A stretch of 64,000 bases of DNA from Puniceicoccaceae bacterium (GCA_040830765.1 JBFOMH010000015.1:16424-80423); one strand, 5' to 3'. Shown: positions 28,936 to 38,434, counted from the first letter of the stretch. Translations and numbers: made by a program. The notes: generated by a model not told the origin, from the letters alone.

Positions 28936-29619
28936 TTAAAAAACCCGCCCCAGGAAGTCATAGACCCGGGCTTCGGGCCCTATGGCATCACGGATATCTG
29001 CGGTACGGCTGCCGTCCTCGGCATCGACCAGCTGTCCTCCCCCGAGGGAAAGGTCCCGGTAGAATTCAACATGTCCGTCGAGGAAGACAATATAGCCCCC
29101 CTCTTCCCCGTAGATGCCCGGTCGTTTGCCATCCAGGCCTTCCCAGCGGCCCTCGCTGGTCAGTCCGCGGGTCCAGGCCACCGGGGTTGTTGCCGGATAG
29201 GCCAGCGGGCTTAGTCCACTGACCACTGCCACCCCGATGGGCCAGTCCTCGAAGCCATCGATTTCCCCCCATTGACCATTGCCATCCGGTTGCACCAGGA
29301 CAGGCGGAATGGCCATTGCCACAGAAGCGAGCAAGGGATCCTCCTCGAAGATGAAAAGTTCCCCTTCGCGGACCCCCGTCTCGGCGGCCAGACGGCCCAT
29401 CCAGTCACCGAGATCGGAACCCGCCGGGCTGCGCCCGGTCAGGCTCTGGTAGGTGGCGACGGCTAATCCGATCTGGCGCAGTTTCTGGGCGGTAGCCATC
29501 CGCTGGGCCTTCTGCCGGATGACCCCGACCGATGGCACCAACATCCCCATCAGAATGGCCATCACTCCTAGGACCATGAGGAGCTCGATAAGACTGAATC
29601 CGGATCGCTTGCTGGGCAT
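28936..29619 (-). CDS. PVC-type prepilin (type II secretion-like) protein with C-terminal FLDGHV motif
   Basis: SG|FSLIELL, KLRQIGLA, GGYIVFLDGHVE (variant of the H-X9-DG motif). Confidence 0.8.
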   Translation of the reverse strand: MPSKRSGFSLIELLMVLGVMAILMGMLVPSVGVIRQKAQRMATAQKLRQIGLAVATYQSLTGRSPAGSDLGDWMGRLAAETGVREGELFIFEEDPLLASVAMAIPPVLVQPDGNGQWGEIDGFEDWPIGVAVVSGLSPLAYPATTPVAWTRGLTSEGRWEGLDGKRPGIYGEEGGYIVFLDGHVEFYRDLSLGGGQLVDAEDGSRTADIRDAIGPEARVYDFLGRVF

Positions 29620-29709
29620 GCTGGAAAAATTGACGAATTCCCCGTCTGCTCCAACTGCTCAATTCAGTCAAAATCAGGCAGCCGGAACGACTGAATTACA
29701 GCCCCGGCC

Positions 29710-30720
29710 CTAATCGCCCCCGCTCTCGAAGTGCGTGGGGACGACAAAGGCCTCGATGCCGCATTCCTCGGTCAGGTAGCGGGCAAAGACCTCCGTCTGC
29801 CCATGGGTCACCCCGACCCGGCTGGCCCCGGAGGCCCTCACGCAATGCAACAAGCCGTTCCAGTCGGAATGGTCGGAGAGAATGAATCCCCGGTCGAAGT
29901 CGCGGCCGCGCCGCACGCCCCGAATCTGCATCCAGCCACTGGCCGATCCAAAGGAAAGTGGCTGCAAGCGCTTCAGGAGCGGGGGTTCCTGTCCGGCGAA
30001 GGAGACGAGCACAAGGCCCTTCCCCTTCAGCTCCGGCAATGTCTCTTCCGTGAGGTCAAGATAGGGCGGGAATTGCACTCCCGCGGACTCGTAAAAGGGA
30101 AGGAAGGATCGTGCCGGTCCGGCAACTGCGATCGGACCGTTTGTTGCATCCAGCGCAGCAAGGATCCGCTGGCTCTTACCCAGCGGGTAGCACGGCAGGA
30201 TGGAGGTCCGTCCCAGCGATTGGTTCCGTTGCCACCACTGGTGGATTTGTGCCATGATTTCGGACGGCTCCGGCCATTGGTAAATCGGCAGGCCAAATGT
30301 CGATTCGGTGATCAACAAATCGCACTCGACCGGTTCAAAGGGTTCCGCTGCTCCATGGCGATGAGTGGCGTTGTAGTCACCTGTCACTACAGCCACTTGT
30401 TGCCCGCAGGCAATCCGCACCTGGGCGGAGCCGAGGATGTGCCCGGCTGGATGAAGGCTGAGCACGGCATCGCCTATCCGCACTTCTTCCCCGAAGTCGA
30501 GGACCGTCATCTCGACCCCCTTTCCGACCCGGTTGCGGAGGAGGTGTTCCCCGCTGGCCGAAGCGTAGTAATGCCCCATTCCGGAGCGGGCATGATCGGA
30601 ATGGGCATGCGTCATGACGGCGCGGGGCACCTTGCGCCAAGGATCGACATGAAAGTCCCCCGCCGGGCAATAGAGCCCGGCGCTTGTCATTTGGATAATA
30701 TCCGATGTAATAAACCCCAC
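29710..30720 (-). CDS. Ligase-associated DNA damage response exonuclease (MBL/beta-CASP fold)
   Basis: GLYCPAGDFHVDPW, THAHSDH, PAGHILGSAQ, TGDY, ESTFGLP, ASGWM, LSDHSDW, VTHG; start GTG 30720 inferred. Confidence 0.88.
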   Translation of the reverse strand: MGFITSDIIQMTSAGLYCPAGDFHVDPWRKVPRAVMTHAHSDHARSGMGHYYASASGEHLLRNRVGKGVEMTVLDFGEEVRIGDAVLSLHPAGHILGSAQVRIACGQQVAVVTGDYNATHRHGAAEPFEPVECDLLITESTFGLPIYQWPEPSEIMAQIHQWWQRNQSLGRTSILPCYPLGKSQRILAALDATNGPIAVAGPARSFLPFYESAGVQFPPYLDLTEETLPELKGKGLVLVSFAGQEPPLLKRLQPLSFGSASGWMQIRGVRRGRDFDRGFILSDHSDWNGLLHCVRASGASRVGVTHGQTEVFARYLTEECGIEAFVVPTHFESGGD

Positions 30721-30754
30721 GCCTTTAACTAAGGGCAATGACCGGTCTTCACAA

Positions 30755-31387
30755 ATGGAAATCCCCGAAACATGGCAAATCCTTGTCTTCCTGGTGGCCT
30801 TCCCCCTCATCGGGGCGGGCATCGGCTGGCTGACCAATCGGCTGGCCATCCAGATGCTCTTCCGGCCCCGGAAGCCGGTGCGGCTGTTCTGGTGGACCTT
30901 GCAGGGCTTGATTCCCCGGCGCCAGGCCGAGCTGGCCACCCGGGTGGCGGAGATCGTCGAGACGGAGCTCTTCAACCAGCACCTCATCCGGAACGAGATC
31001 AGCAAGATGGACCTCAATCCATACCTGCAGCAACTGGCCACCAATATCGTCTGGGACCAGTTGGGCCCGCGGTTGCGGGAAATCCCCATCCTCGGAAAGT
31101 TCGTCAACGACAAGTTGCTCTACAACATCAACAAGATCGCCCTCGACAGCCTGGTCGGGGAAACCGAGCCCCTCCTGAAAAAGGTTTCCACGGAAGTTGA
31201 ACGGCACATTGCCGTCCGCCGCATTGTCGAGGAGAAGATCCAGGCCTTTGACCTCGATCAACTGGAGGAAATTGTCCGCAAACTGGCCCACCGCGAATTC
31301 CGCAGCATCGAGATTCTCGGGGCGGTCATTGGGTTTGTTGTCGGCCTCATCCAATGGGGCATCCTGGCCCTCACCCAGCTGGCCTGA
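30755..31387 (+). CDS. DUF445 family membrane protein
   Basis: IGWLTNRLAIQMLFRP, QGLIPRRQ, IEILGAVIGFVVGLIQ. Confidence 0.88.
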   Translation: MEIPETWQILVFLVAFPLIGAGIGWLTNRLAIQMLFRPRKPVRLFWWTLQGLIPRRQAELATRVAEIVETELFNQHLIRNEISKMDLNPYLQQLATNIVWDQLGPRLREIPILGKFVNDKLLYNINKIALDSLVGETEPLLKKVSTEVERHIAVRRIVEEKIQAFDLDQLEEIVRKLAHREFRSIEILGAVIGFVVGLIQWGILALTQLA

Positions 31388-33838
31388 TCACTGCACCCGC
31401 AGGGCCACCATCGGATCCATTTTGGAGGCCCGCCGGGCCGGGAATCCATTCGCGAGAAGGGAGACCACCAGCAGGACCGCAAGCGAGGATCCGTAACTGT
31501 AGTACTCTTCCGGTACTCCCTCAAAGACAGCTCCCAGGACACGCGTCAGGAGAACCGCGATCCCCAGCCCAAGGACAATACCGATAGCGAGGTTGCGGAA
31601 GCCCTTCCACAGGACCATCCAGCGAATCCGCGTAGGGGTGGCCCCAAGGGACATGCGGATCCCGATCTCCACGATCCGCTGGCTGACCGAGTACTGGATG
31701 ATGCCATAGAGCCCGGCTCCGGCAAGGAGCAGCGCCATCACCCCAAAGGTGGAAAACAGGCTCAGGAAAAAGCGGAAGTAGAAGAAGGCATCCTCGACAT
31801 GTTGCTCAAAGGGCATTGCCTCCGTGAAGGCGACATCCGGGTCCACCAGGGCGACAACCCGCTGCACCTCGGGTATGAGCGCCTTTGGATTGCCGCTGGA
31901 GGTTCGGATAAAGATCTTCTGGTCACCCCAGAGGCTCTGGCCCTGCGGCCGGTAGAAGCCGGTGCCGTCGTCCTCGTCATTGATCAGGCCACCCATCTTG
32001 AGGTCGGGAACAACCCCGATGACCGTATGCAGGCGATCGTCCGGATTGCTGAAGTCTCCCTTGCCCTCGTGGTGGAAGACTTTCCCGATCGGGCTTTCAC
32101 CCGGCCAGAATCGTTCCGCCATGACCGTGTTGATAATGGCCACGGAGGCCTTCCCGCGGATATCCCCATCGTTGAAATCCCGTCCCTGGAGGATATCCAC
32201 CCCGAGGGTGTCAAAGTAGCCGGGGGCAATCACATCCACCCGTACGGTCGGGTACTCTTCAGCACTCGCATAATCCTCCCCGTCAATCCGGATGGGGTCC
32301 TGCATCGCGAAGAGGCAGGGCATGTTGAAGCCAAGGGTCACCTTGTCCGCCCCGGCAATGGTCCTCACGTTGCGGTGAATCTCGTCCCAGAAAAGCACCT
32401 GATCGGCCGGTTCCGGATAGGACTCGTTGTCGACCGAAATACTACCCACGAGCAGGTTCTTTTCATCAAAGGGATAATCCAGTTGTCCCATCAGGATGAT
32501 CGCCGCGATGAGGCGGCCGGCGGCGACCAGCAGGCCGAAGGAAAAGGCCAGCTGCATGATCGAACTGGCGGAGCTGAGACGACTCAGCCGCTTGCTCGAT
32601 CCGGTGCGCTGGGAATCGTTGAGGAGGGCACTGATGTTTGGCTTGGAGGATCGCAGGGCCGGAAGGATACCGGCGACAAGGACCGCCACCAGCATCAGGC
32701 CAACTGCTACGGTGATGGAGACCGGGTCGAGGTAAAACTCCATGAAGGCCGGCGGCGCAAAGCGTTGCTGGGAGAGGAACTGCCACAGGTAGTCCAAGGC
32801 CCGCCAGGCGATGGCGATGCCAATGACCGCCCCGAGGATGCCATAGAGCAGGGCCTCCCCGAGAATCTGGCGGACAATGCGGGTCCGGCTCGCCCCAAGG
32901 GCGCTCCGGATGGCCAGCTCGTTGCTCCGGACCACCATCCGGGCGGTCAGGATGCTGGAAACGTTGGAGCAGGCAATCAGGAGGACGAGGAAGGTCGCCC
33001 CGAACATGCTCCACATGAGGATCCGGATGTCATCATTGACAAACCGTTTGAAGAGCGGTTCCAGGCTCGGTGGTTGATGTACGAGGTCCGGAACGGCTTC
33101 CAGTTCCTCGATCCGGGTGAATATCAGATCAAACTCCGCCCGGGCATCCTCGATCGAGCGGTCCTCCCGTAAACGCCCAACCAGGGTGACAAAGTCAATC
33201 CATCCGGTCTGGGACTTGAGGGTCTCGGGCACCAGCGGCAGCCAGACGTCCTGGCCAAAGGGATAGTCGTACCCTTCGGGCAACACGCCGACAATGGTAT
33301 AAGGCTGGCCCTCAGCGACAATCTGCTCCCCGATCACCTCGGGGTCCGACGCGTAGTGCTCCTTCCAGATTGCCTCGGAAATTACCAGCACGTTATCCGA
33401 ATCCGGCAGGCAGTCATCCTCGACAAAGGTCCGCCCCATCAGGGGTGACACCGTAAGGACATCAAAGAATCCGGCGGAAACATAGGCCCCGCTCATGCGG
33501 TGCGGGTGACCGACCTTACCGCCCGTGATGAAATCATTGGTGAAGGCCGAGAGGTGCTCAAAACTGGTCTGCTGCTCCTTGACCGTGACAAAGTCGTCGA
33601 GGTGGATAAGGGTCCGACCGTCCGACACATCCGGCCGTTCCTGGCGCATGACGTGCACGATGCCTTTCTGGTCCTCGAAGGGCAGTCCCCGCCCGACAAT
33701 GGAGTAGGTAATGCTGAACATGAAAGTGCTCAGCCCGATGCCGGCGGCCAGGCAGAGGATGGCCAGTACGGTCACATAAGGGTTGCTGCGGATTTGACGG
33801 AATCCGTAGAGGATATCCTGAAAGAAGGAACTGTTCAT
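31388..33838 (-). CDS. Duplicated MacB/FtsX-type ABC permease (ADOP-like)
   Basis: QDILYGFRQ, LLIACSNV, ELAIRSALGA, EIGIRMSLGA, PARRASKMDPMVALR. Confidence 0.92.
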   Translation of the reverse strand: MNSSFFQDILYGFRQIRSNPYVTVLAILCLAAGIGLSTFMFSITYSIVGRGLPFEDQKGIVHVMRQERPDVSDGRTLIHLDDFVTVKEQQTSFEHLSAFTNDFITGGKVGHPHRMSGAYVSAGFFDVLTVSPLMGRTFVEDDCLPDSDNVLVISEAIWKEHYASDPEVIGEQIVAEGQPYTIVGVLPEGYDYPFGQDVWLPLVPETLKSQTGWIDFVTLVGRLREDRSIEDARAEFDLIFTRIEELEAVPDLVHQPPSLEPLFKRFVNDDIRILMWSMFGATFLVLLIACSNVSSILTARMVVRSNELAIRSALGASRTRIVRQILGEALLYGILGAVIGIAIAWRALDYLWQFLSQQRFAPPAFMEFYLDPVSITVAVGLMLVAVLVAGILPALRSSKPNISALLNDSQRTGSSKRLSRLSSASSIMQLAFSFGLLVAAGRLIAAIILMGQLDYPFDEKNLLVGSISVDNESYPEPADQVLFWDEIHRNVRTIAGADKVTLGFNMPCLFAMQDPIRIDGEDYASAEEYPTVRVDVIAPGYFDTLGVDILQGRDFNDGDIRGKASVAIINTVMAERFWPGESPIGKVFHHEGKGDFSNPDDRLHTVIGVVPDLKMGGLINDEDDGTGFYRPQGQSLWGDQKIFIRTSSGNPKALIPEVQRVVALVDPDVAFTEAMPFEQHVEDAFFYFRFFLSLFSTFGVMALLLAGAGLYGIIQYSVSQRIVEIGIRMSLGATPTRIRWMVLWKGFRNLAIGIVLGLGIAVLLTRVLGAVFEGVPEEYYSYGSSLAVLLVVSLLANGFPARRASKMDPMVALRVQ

Positions 33839-33936
33839 AATGTTCTTAATTCAATGTTTCGCCCTGGGCAGCCTGGACGTTACAAAAAATCAAAACCGGA
33901 CACTAAAGACAAGAGCAGTGGTCCGCTTTACGGTAA

Positions 33937-35340
33937 TTAGGTCGTATCGCCAGCCTCGCGCTTTATCTTGAGCTTTTCCTCCATCTCGAGGACGAAGTCT
34001 TCGGTGATCGGGTAAAGAAACAGCACCAGTCCGTTGGCGATGGCGAAGGCTCCCGGGATAAAACAGAACATCACCCGGATCCCCAGCAGGGCCGCGTCGC
34101 TCTGGTCGGCATTGGCCTCGAAACCGACCCAGCCGAGTATCCAGCCGGAAAGAGTACCGCCCACCATCAGGCCCATTTTCTGGGCGAAAATCGCCGCCGA
34201 AAATACCAGCCCGGTGGTACGCCGGCCAAACATCAGCTCACCGTAGTCGGCCACGTCGGTGTACATGGCCCAGACCAGTGCCGGGGTCGGCCCGGCGAAG
34301 AGTACCCCGATCAGGTTCACCACCACCATCAGGGTGATGTTGTCCGGTGGCACCCAGAAAAAGACTATGGTCGAGGCCGCGTTCAGGAAGGTCAGCCCGA
34401 TGAGGGCGTTCCGTTTCCCAAAGCGCTTACGCAGGGTGTTGGTGAAAAAGATCCCGACAATGAAGACCAGCGATCCGGTCGCCAAAAAGAAGGAGGTCAG
34501 GTCCATCCACCAAAAGAATTTCTCACCCGTGTCCCCCACATAGTACTTGAAATAGTGGAAGGTCACTGCCGCCCGGACCGCGACATTGGAAAGGGTCAGG
34601 ATCCCTGCCACCGCCATGATCACCCAAGGTTTGTTCTTAATGAGGATCTTCAGGTCCCGCTTGATACGGGTATCCGCATCGGCCTTTTCCGGGGCCAGCC
34701 GTTCCCGCGTGGTCAGGAAGGTGAAGAGGAACAGCAGGGAGGCCAGCGCTCCCAGGATAGCGAAGGTCAGCCGGTAGCCGACAATCTCGTCCCCGCCGCC
34801 CAGTGCACTGGCCAGCGGGCGGACGGTCGCCCCGATGATCAGGGCCGCACTGAAGGCCCCGACAAAGCGGTAGCTGGCAAGGATGGTCCGCTCCTCCGTC
34901 TCAGGTGTCATGACCCCCATCAGTGCCGAATAGGGAACATTGATGGCCGTGTAGATCATCCCCAGGACGGTGTAGGTCGAGGCCGCGTAAAGAATCTTCA
35001 GACCACCCTCAAGTCCCGGACTGGCAAAAGTCAGGAATCCCACCACCCCGAACGGAATGGCCAGCCAAAGGAGGTACGGCCGGTACCGTCCCCAGCGGGT
35101 CTGTGTCCGGTCGGCCAGGATTCCCATAACCGGGTCATTGATCGCATCCCAGAATCGCGCCACCAGAAACAAGGTCCCCACGATCCCCGGCGAGATCCCC
35201 CACACATCCGTGTAGTAATAAAAAAGGACAATGTTGAAGGCCTGGTAAAAGATGTTCGAGGCCGTGTCACCGGCTCCATAGCCAATCTTTTCAAGGATGC
35301 TTAACTTGCCGTTCCCGGCCGGGGTCTGTGCGATTGCCAT
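33937..35340 (-). CDS. Glycoside-pentoside-hexuronide (GPH):cation symporter, MFS
   Basis: EKIGYGAGD, WDAINDPVMG, TRWGRYRPYLL, NVPYSAL, DVADYGE; about 12 TM helices. Confidence 0.93.
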   Translation of the reverse strand: MAIAQTPAGNGKLSILEKIGYGAGDTASNIFYQAFNIVLFYYYTDVWGISPGIVGTLFLVARFWDAINDPVMGILADRTQTRWGRYRPYLLWLAIPFGVVGFLTFASPGLEGGLKILYAASTYTVLGMIYTAINVPYSALMGVMTPETEERTILASYRFVGAFSAALIIGATVRPLASALGGGDEIVGYRLTFAILGALASLLFLFTFLTTRERLAPEKADADTRIKRDLKILIKNKPWVIMAVAGILTLSNVAVRAAVTFHYFKYYVGDTGEKFFWWMDLTSFFLATGSLVFIVGIFFTNTLRKRFGKRNALIGLTFLNAASTIVFFWVPPDNITLMVVVNLIGVLFAGPTPALVWAMYTDVADYGELMFGRRTTGLVFSAAIFAQKMGLMVGGTLSGWILGWVGFEANADQSDAALLGIRVMFCFIPGAFAIANGLVLFLYPITEDFVLEMEEKLKIKREAGDTT

Positions 35341-35387
35341 CCAGCTACCGAAGGCAAAACTGCGATTCAGTGCAATCGGAAAGTGGC

Positions 35388-36311
35388 TTACGCACGAACG
35401 AAGACCAGTGTCAGGTCAATCGTCACGAGGTCGTTGACAAGGTGCATGCCCAATCGCTCGAAAAGGGAACCGGAGCCATAAACAGCACCAAAGTTGACCC
35501 GGTTGACATCCACCTGGGCCTGGAAGGAAATCCCGTCCGGGATCTGGTTGACCATGGCCTTGAACTCGATGATGCGGGTCACCCCGCGCAGGGTCATCTC
35601 GCCGTAGATCCGGTAATTGGGCTGGCCGGGTGCGCCGCCGATGAGGCGTTCAGTCTGCAGCAGGCGAAAACTGGCCTCGGGATGCTCCCCGACATTGAAA
35701 AAGTCAACGCTGGCCAGATGTTCGATAAGCACCTTGTTCATGGTATCATCCTGGATATCGGCGCAGGTGATGCCCTTCATATCGACGCAGACCTCGCCAC
35801 CGGTGACATCTCCGTCCCCATCGACTTCCAGGTTGCCGGACTTCAACTCCACCCGGCCATTGTGGTTGTTGGCAAGGTTGCGGCCAATCCACCGCAAGGC
35901 ACTTTTCTCGACGGAGAGGTTGAGCTTACCGGTGGGAAAGACCATCCACTTGTTCCGGAGGCCGGATTCAAGGGTCAGCCCCGCCCGCATCCAGGCATCG
36001 AGTCCTCCCTCGAGCACCGATACCCTGTAGTAACCGGCTTCCTTGAGGCGCCCAAAAGCCATCTCCGCTGCCCGGAACTGATCGGATTCCCCATAGAGAA
36101 TAACTTTCGTATTCTGATCCGGAAAGCGGGCGGCAAATTGCTCATTGAAGGCTACTTCATAGACACAGATATTATCCGCTCCGGCGATGTGGGATTCCCC
36201 GTAGGCTTCCGGTATACGCACATCCACTATCGGGACGTCATCCTCCAATTGCTTGAGGGCCGTTTGCAAAGGGACATAATTGATAGCGGATGGTCTGGGT
36301 ATGATGGACAT
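35388..36311 (-). CDS. Rhodanese-like domain fused to a YceI lipid/polyisoprenoid-binding domain
   Basis: IVDVR, HIAGA, LEGGLDAW (rhodanese); SALRWIGR, HNG, HLASVDFF, GEMTLRG (YceI). Confidence 0.85.
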   Translation of the reverse strand: MSIIPRPSAINYVPLQTALKQLEDDVPIVDVRIPEAYGESHIAGADNICVYEVAFNEQFAARFPDQNTKVILYGESDQFRAAEMAFGRLKEAGYYRVSVLEGGLDAWMRAGLTLESGLRNKWMVFPTGKLNLSVEKSALRWIGRNLANNHNGRVELKSGNLEVDGDGDVTGGEVCVDMKGITCADIQDDTMNKVLIEHLASVDFFNVGEHPEASFRLLQTERLIGGAPGQPNYRIYGEMTLRGVTRIIEFKAMVNQIPDGISFQAQVDVNRVNFGAVYGSGSLFERLGMHLVNDLVTIDLTLVFVRA

Positions 36312-36328
36312 AATTCAGCTAGCTTAGG

Positions 36329-36715
36329 TTAATTTTCGGGATTGTCGACCTCCTCCAGGAGATCCACTTCTTTCAAGGCCTCCACCTGCTCCTCAAATGC
36401 CGCTTCGGCCGCGGCTTCCTCAGCCTCAATCCGGGAGAGGGCCTTCTCGGTCTCGGACTCCTGAAGCTCCCCGGCCGGGTCCACCTCAATGAGGGCCCGA
36501 TCCTGGCGGTCCTCAGTCGCTGCCTTGTAAATCTGCATGGCGAAATAAAAGGCCGCCACCGTCAGGACCATCAGGACCGAACCAAAGATGGCATAAAGGC
36601 GCAAGCGGCGGTTGGTCGACAAGGTCGGGGCCTGTTCCCGCAAGTGGGCCAGTCGCGCTTCAGAACTTTCGCTCCCAAAGCGGCTCTCCCGGGGTTTGCG
36701 GTCTTCCATTTTCAC
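36329..36715 (-). CDS. Hypothetical single-pass membrane protein with acidic tail
   Basis: One TM helix, Glu-rich helical C-terminus; promoter-like element directly upstream. Confidence 0.65.
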   Translation of the reverse strand: MKMEDRKPRESRFGSESSEARLAHLREQAPTLSTNRRLRLYAIFGSVLMVLTVAAFYFAMQIYKAATEDRQDRALIEVDPAGELQESETEKALSRIEAEEAAAEAAFEEQVEALKEVDLLEEVDNPEN

Positions 36716-36762
36716 GCCATCACGTTGCCAGTTCCAACAGGACTGTGCAAGTCAGGGAGGCC

Positions 36763-37152
36763 TTATTTCTCCGGATGCAGGTCGTAGGTCGTTATCTCGA
36801 CGACATGGCCATCCGGATCCTTGAAGTAAATGGAGTGGGAAATCTCGTGGTCCTGGAACTCGAATGGAATGTCCTTTGCCTTCAGTTCGCTGCAGGCCTG
36901 TTTGAAATCGGTCATGGACTCCGCGAGGAAGGCAAAGTGGTCCAGGCGGATGCCCTCCCGCGGTTGGATGGTGGCACCCGTACCGGCCTCGAAGATGGCG
37001 AGGCAGGTTTCCCCCTTGCGGAGAAAGACCGGGTTGCCATCCCAGGCACCCTTGTAAATCCACTCCATGCCAAGAACCTCGCAATACCAGGCCCGCGACA
37101 CCGCGACGTCCGCGCAGACAATCGCCAGGTGATCGATCCGTTTCAGCTCCAT
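36763..37152 (-). CDS. VOC/glyoxalase family protein
   Basis: IDHLAI, WYCEVLG, LDHFAF, SIYFKDPDGHVVEI; ATG 37152. Confidence 0.9.
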   Translation of the reverse strand: MELKRIDHLAIVCADVAVSRAWYCEVLGMEWIYKGAWDGNPVFLRKGETCLAIFEAGTGATIQPREGIRLDHFAFLAESMTDFKQACSELKAKDIPFEFQDHEISHSIYFKDPDGHVVEITTYDLHPEK

Positions 37153-37168
37153 CCCGCGCTTAACCGGA

Positions 37169-37411
37169 TCAGCCGACGATCCGCAGGGCAAGGTACGGCA
37201 CCAGGTTGAAGGCAAATACCATTACCTTGAAGAAGGCCATCCCGGTGTAGTGGATCTTGTCGAACTCCTCTACCGACAGCTTGAACCAGCGGGAGTGCAT
37301 GCGGTAGACAAAATCATGGGCAAAGAATATGAACAGGGCCCACCAGATAAGCAGGCCAATGTTGAATAGAGTGCACCAGCCAAGGGCATCGCGGATGAGT
37401 TCGAGTGTCAT
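37169..37411 (-). CDS. Small membrane protein (DUF6868-like)
   Basis: LGWCTLFNIGLL...HSRWFKLS.EEFD.IHY...FNLVPYLAL; strong AAGGAGG RBS. Confidence 0.8.
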   Translation of the reverse strand: MTLELIRDALGWCTLFNIGLLIWWALFIFFAHDFVYRMHSRWFKLSVEEFDKIHYTGMAFFKVMVFAFNLVPYLALRIVG

Positions 37412-37508
37412 TATTTCCTCCTTGTTGCTATAACGAGGAAGTCATCCTAGGAACTGCCATGGACAAGGCAAGGGGTAACGATCGGGCATGTTGCCCGACG
37501 GGCGGAAT

Positions 37509-38342
37509 TTAAATGACCAGCTTGGCCCGCTTCAGGGAACCGACCCACTGCAGGGCCTCATCGCTCCAGACAAGATGGAACCCGGTATCCTTGAGGTTTT
37601 GCGCCACCTCGCTTCCGGCCTTGGCCACTGCCACCGCATGGCTGCAGCCATATCCACGGGAAGCCCGCAGGCGTTCCAGAAGGATAGCTTGATGCCCGGC
37701 ATTGCGTCGATGCGGTGACAGTACCCCACCCCCGCAAAGGCAGGCATCTGAGCCCTGCCAATGCCACATCCCGAAACCAACCCGGCGGCCGTGGTAATTC
37801 ACCCAGCGGCAATGCAATCCGGACATGTTGGCCAGATGCTCCATGTTATCGAGGGCCTCTTCAAAATAGCAGTTGGGTCCGGCAAAGTACTGCAGGTACA
37901 TCTGGAAGAACTGGCGCATTTCCATTTCCGGTACCTGTTCAAAACTCCAGGCCCCGAATCGGCTCAGATCTACTCCTGCGGTTGGACGGGCATAATATTC
38001 CTCAATGTCTGCGACCCGGAACCCGGGGTGGAGCATGCTCGGGCGGTCCTCGGTATCACCCGTCAGGGACAAGCGGAAAGAGATCTCACCTTGACCATAA
38101 TACTCCAGCAGCTGGTCCTCATAGGTTGCAAACTCCGCAGCCGGTCCAATTGCCCGGTTGAAGTAGCCCACTCCCTTGAATTTCAAGGCCAGAAACGGAC
38201 CGATTCGCTGGATATCAATCCCCAGGGAGGGATTATGCCAGCGGTAAATTTCCAGACGCCGAACATCAAAGTTCCACATGCTGAGACACGCAGAAAGTTG
38301 TTTCTGCGTCAGGGGATTCTGGCGCTGAAGGGTGGAGAACAT
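37509..38342 (-). CDS. GNAT-fold acetyltransferase-like protein (degenerate CoA motif)
   Basis: FNRAIG; C-terminal LSPHRRNAGHQA...RL...GC...GS...NL...GF pattern of tandem-GNAT proteins. Confidence 0.6.
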   Translation of the reverse strand: MFSTLQRQNPLTQKQLSACLSMWNFDVRRLEIYRWHNPSLGIDIQRIGPFLALKFKGVGYFNRAIGPAAEFATYEDQLLEYYGQGEISFRLSLTGDTEDRPSMLHPGFRVADIEEYYARPTAGVDLSRFGAWSFEQVPEMEMRQFFQMYLQYFAGPNCYFEEALDNMEHLANMSGLHCRWVNYHGRRVGFGMWHWQGSDACLCGGGVLSPHRRNAGHQAILLERLRASRGYGCSHAVAVAKAGSEVAQNLKDTGFHLVWSDEALQWVGSLKRAKLVI

Positions 38343-38359
38343 TGGAATAGTCGATTGTG

Positions 38360-38398
38360 TAGGGTAAATACCCTAAATTGCTCTGAAACTTGATGCAA
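38360..38398 (-). promoter_or_regulatory. Sigma70 promoter with overlapping palindromic operator
   Basis: Minus-strand TTGCAT-N17-TAGGGT; the -10 is one arm of the perfect inverted repeat TAGGGTA-AA-TACCCTA (38360-38375). Confidence 0.6.
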
Positions 38399-38434
38399 GC
38401 CAAATTTTTCGACTTTGCCAACTGCCCAACCACC

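Noticed and set aside
30721..31113. N-terminal extension of the 467-aa MBL nuclease ORF
   Set aside because: Overlaps the DUF445 gene on the other strand; family similarity starts near 30720
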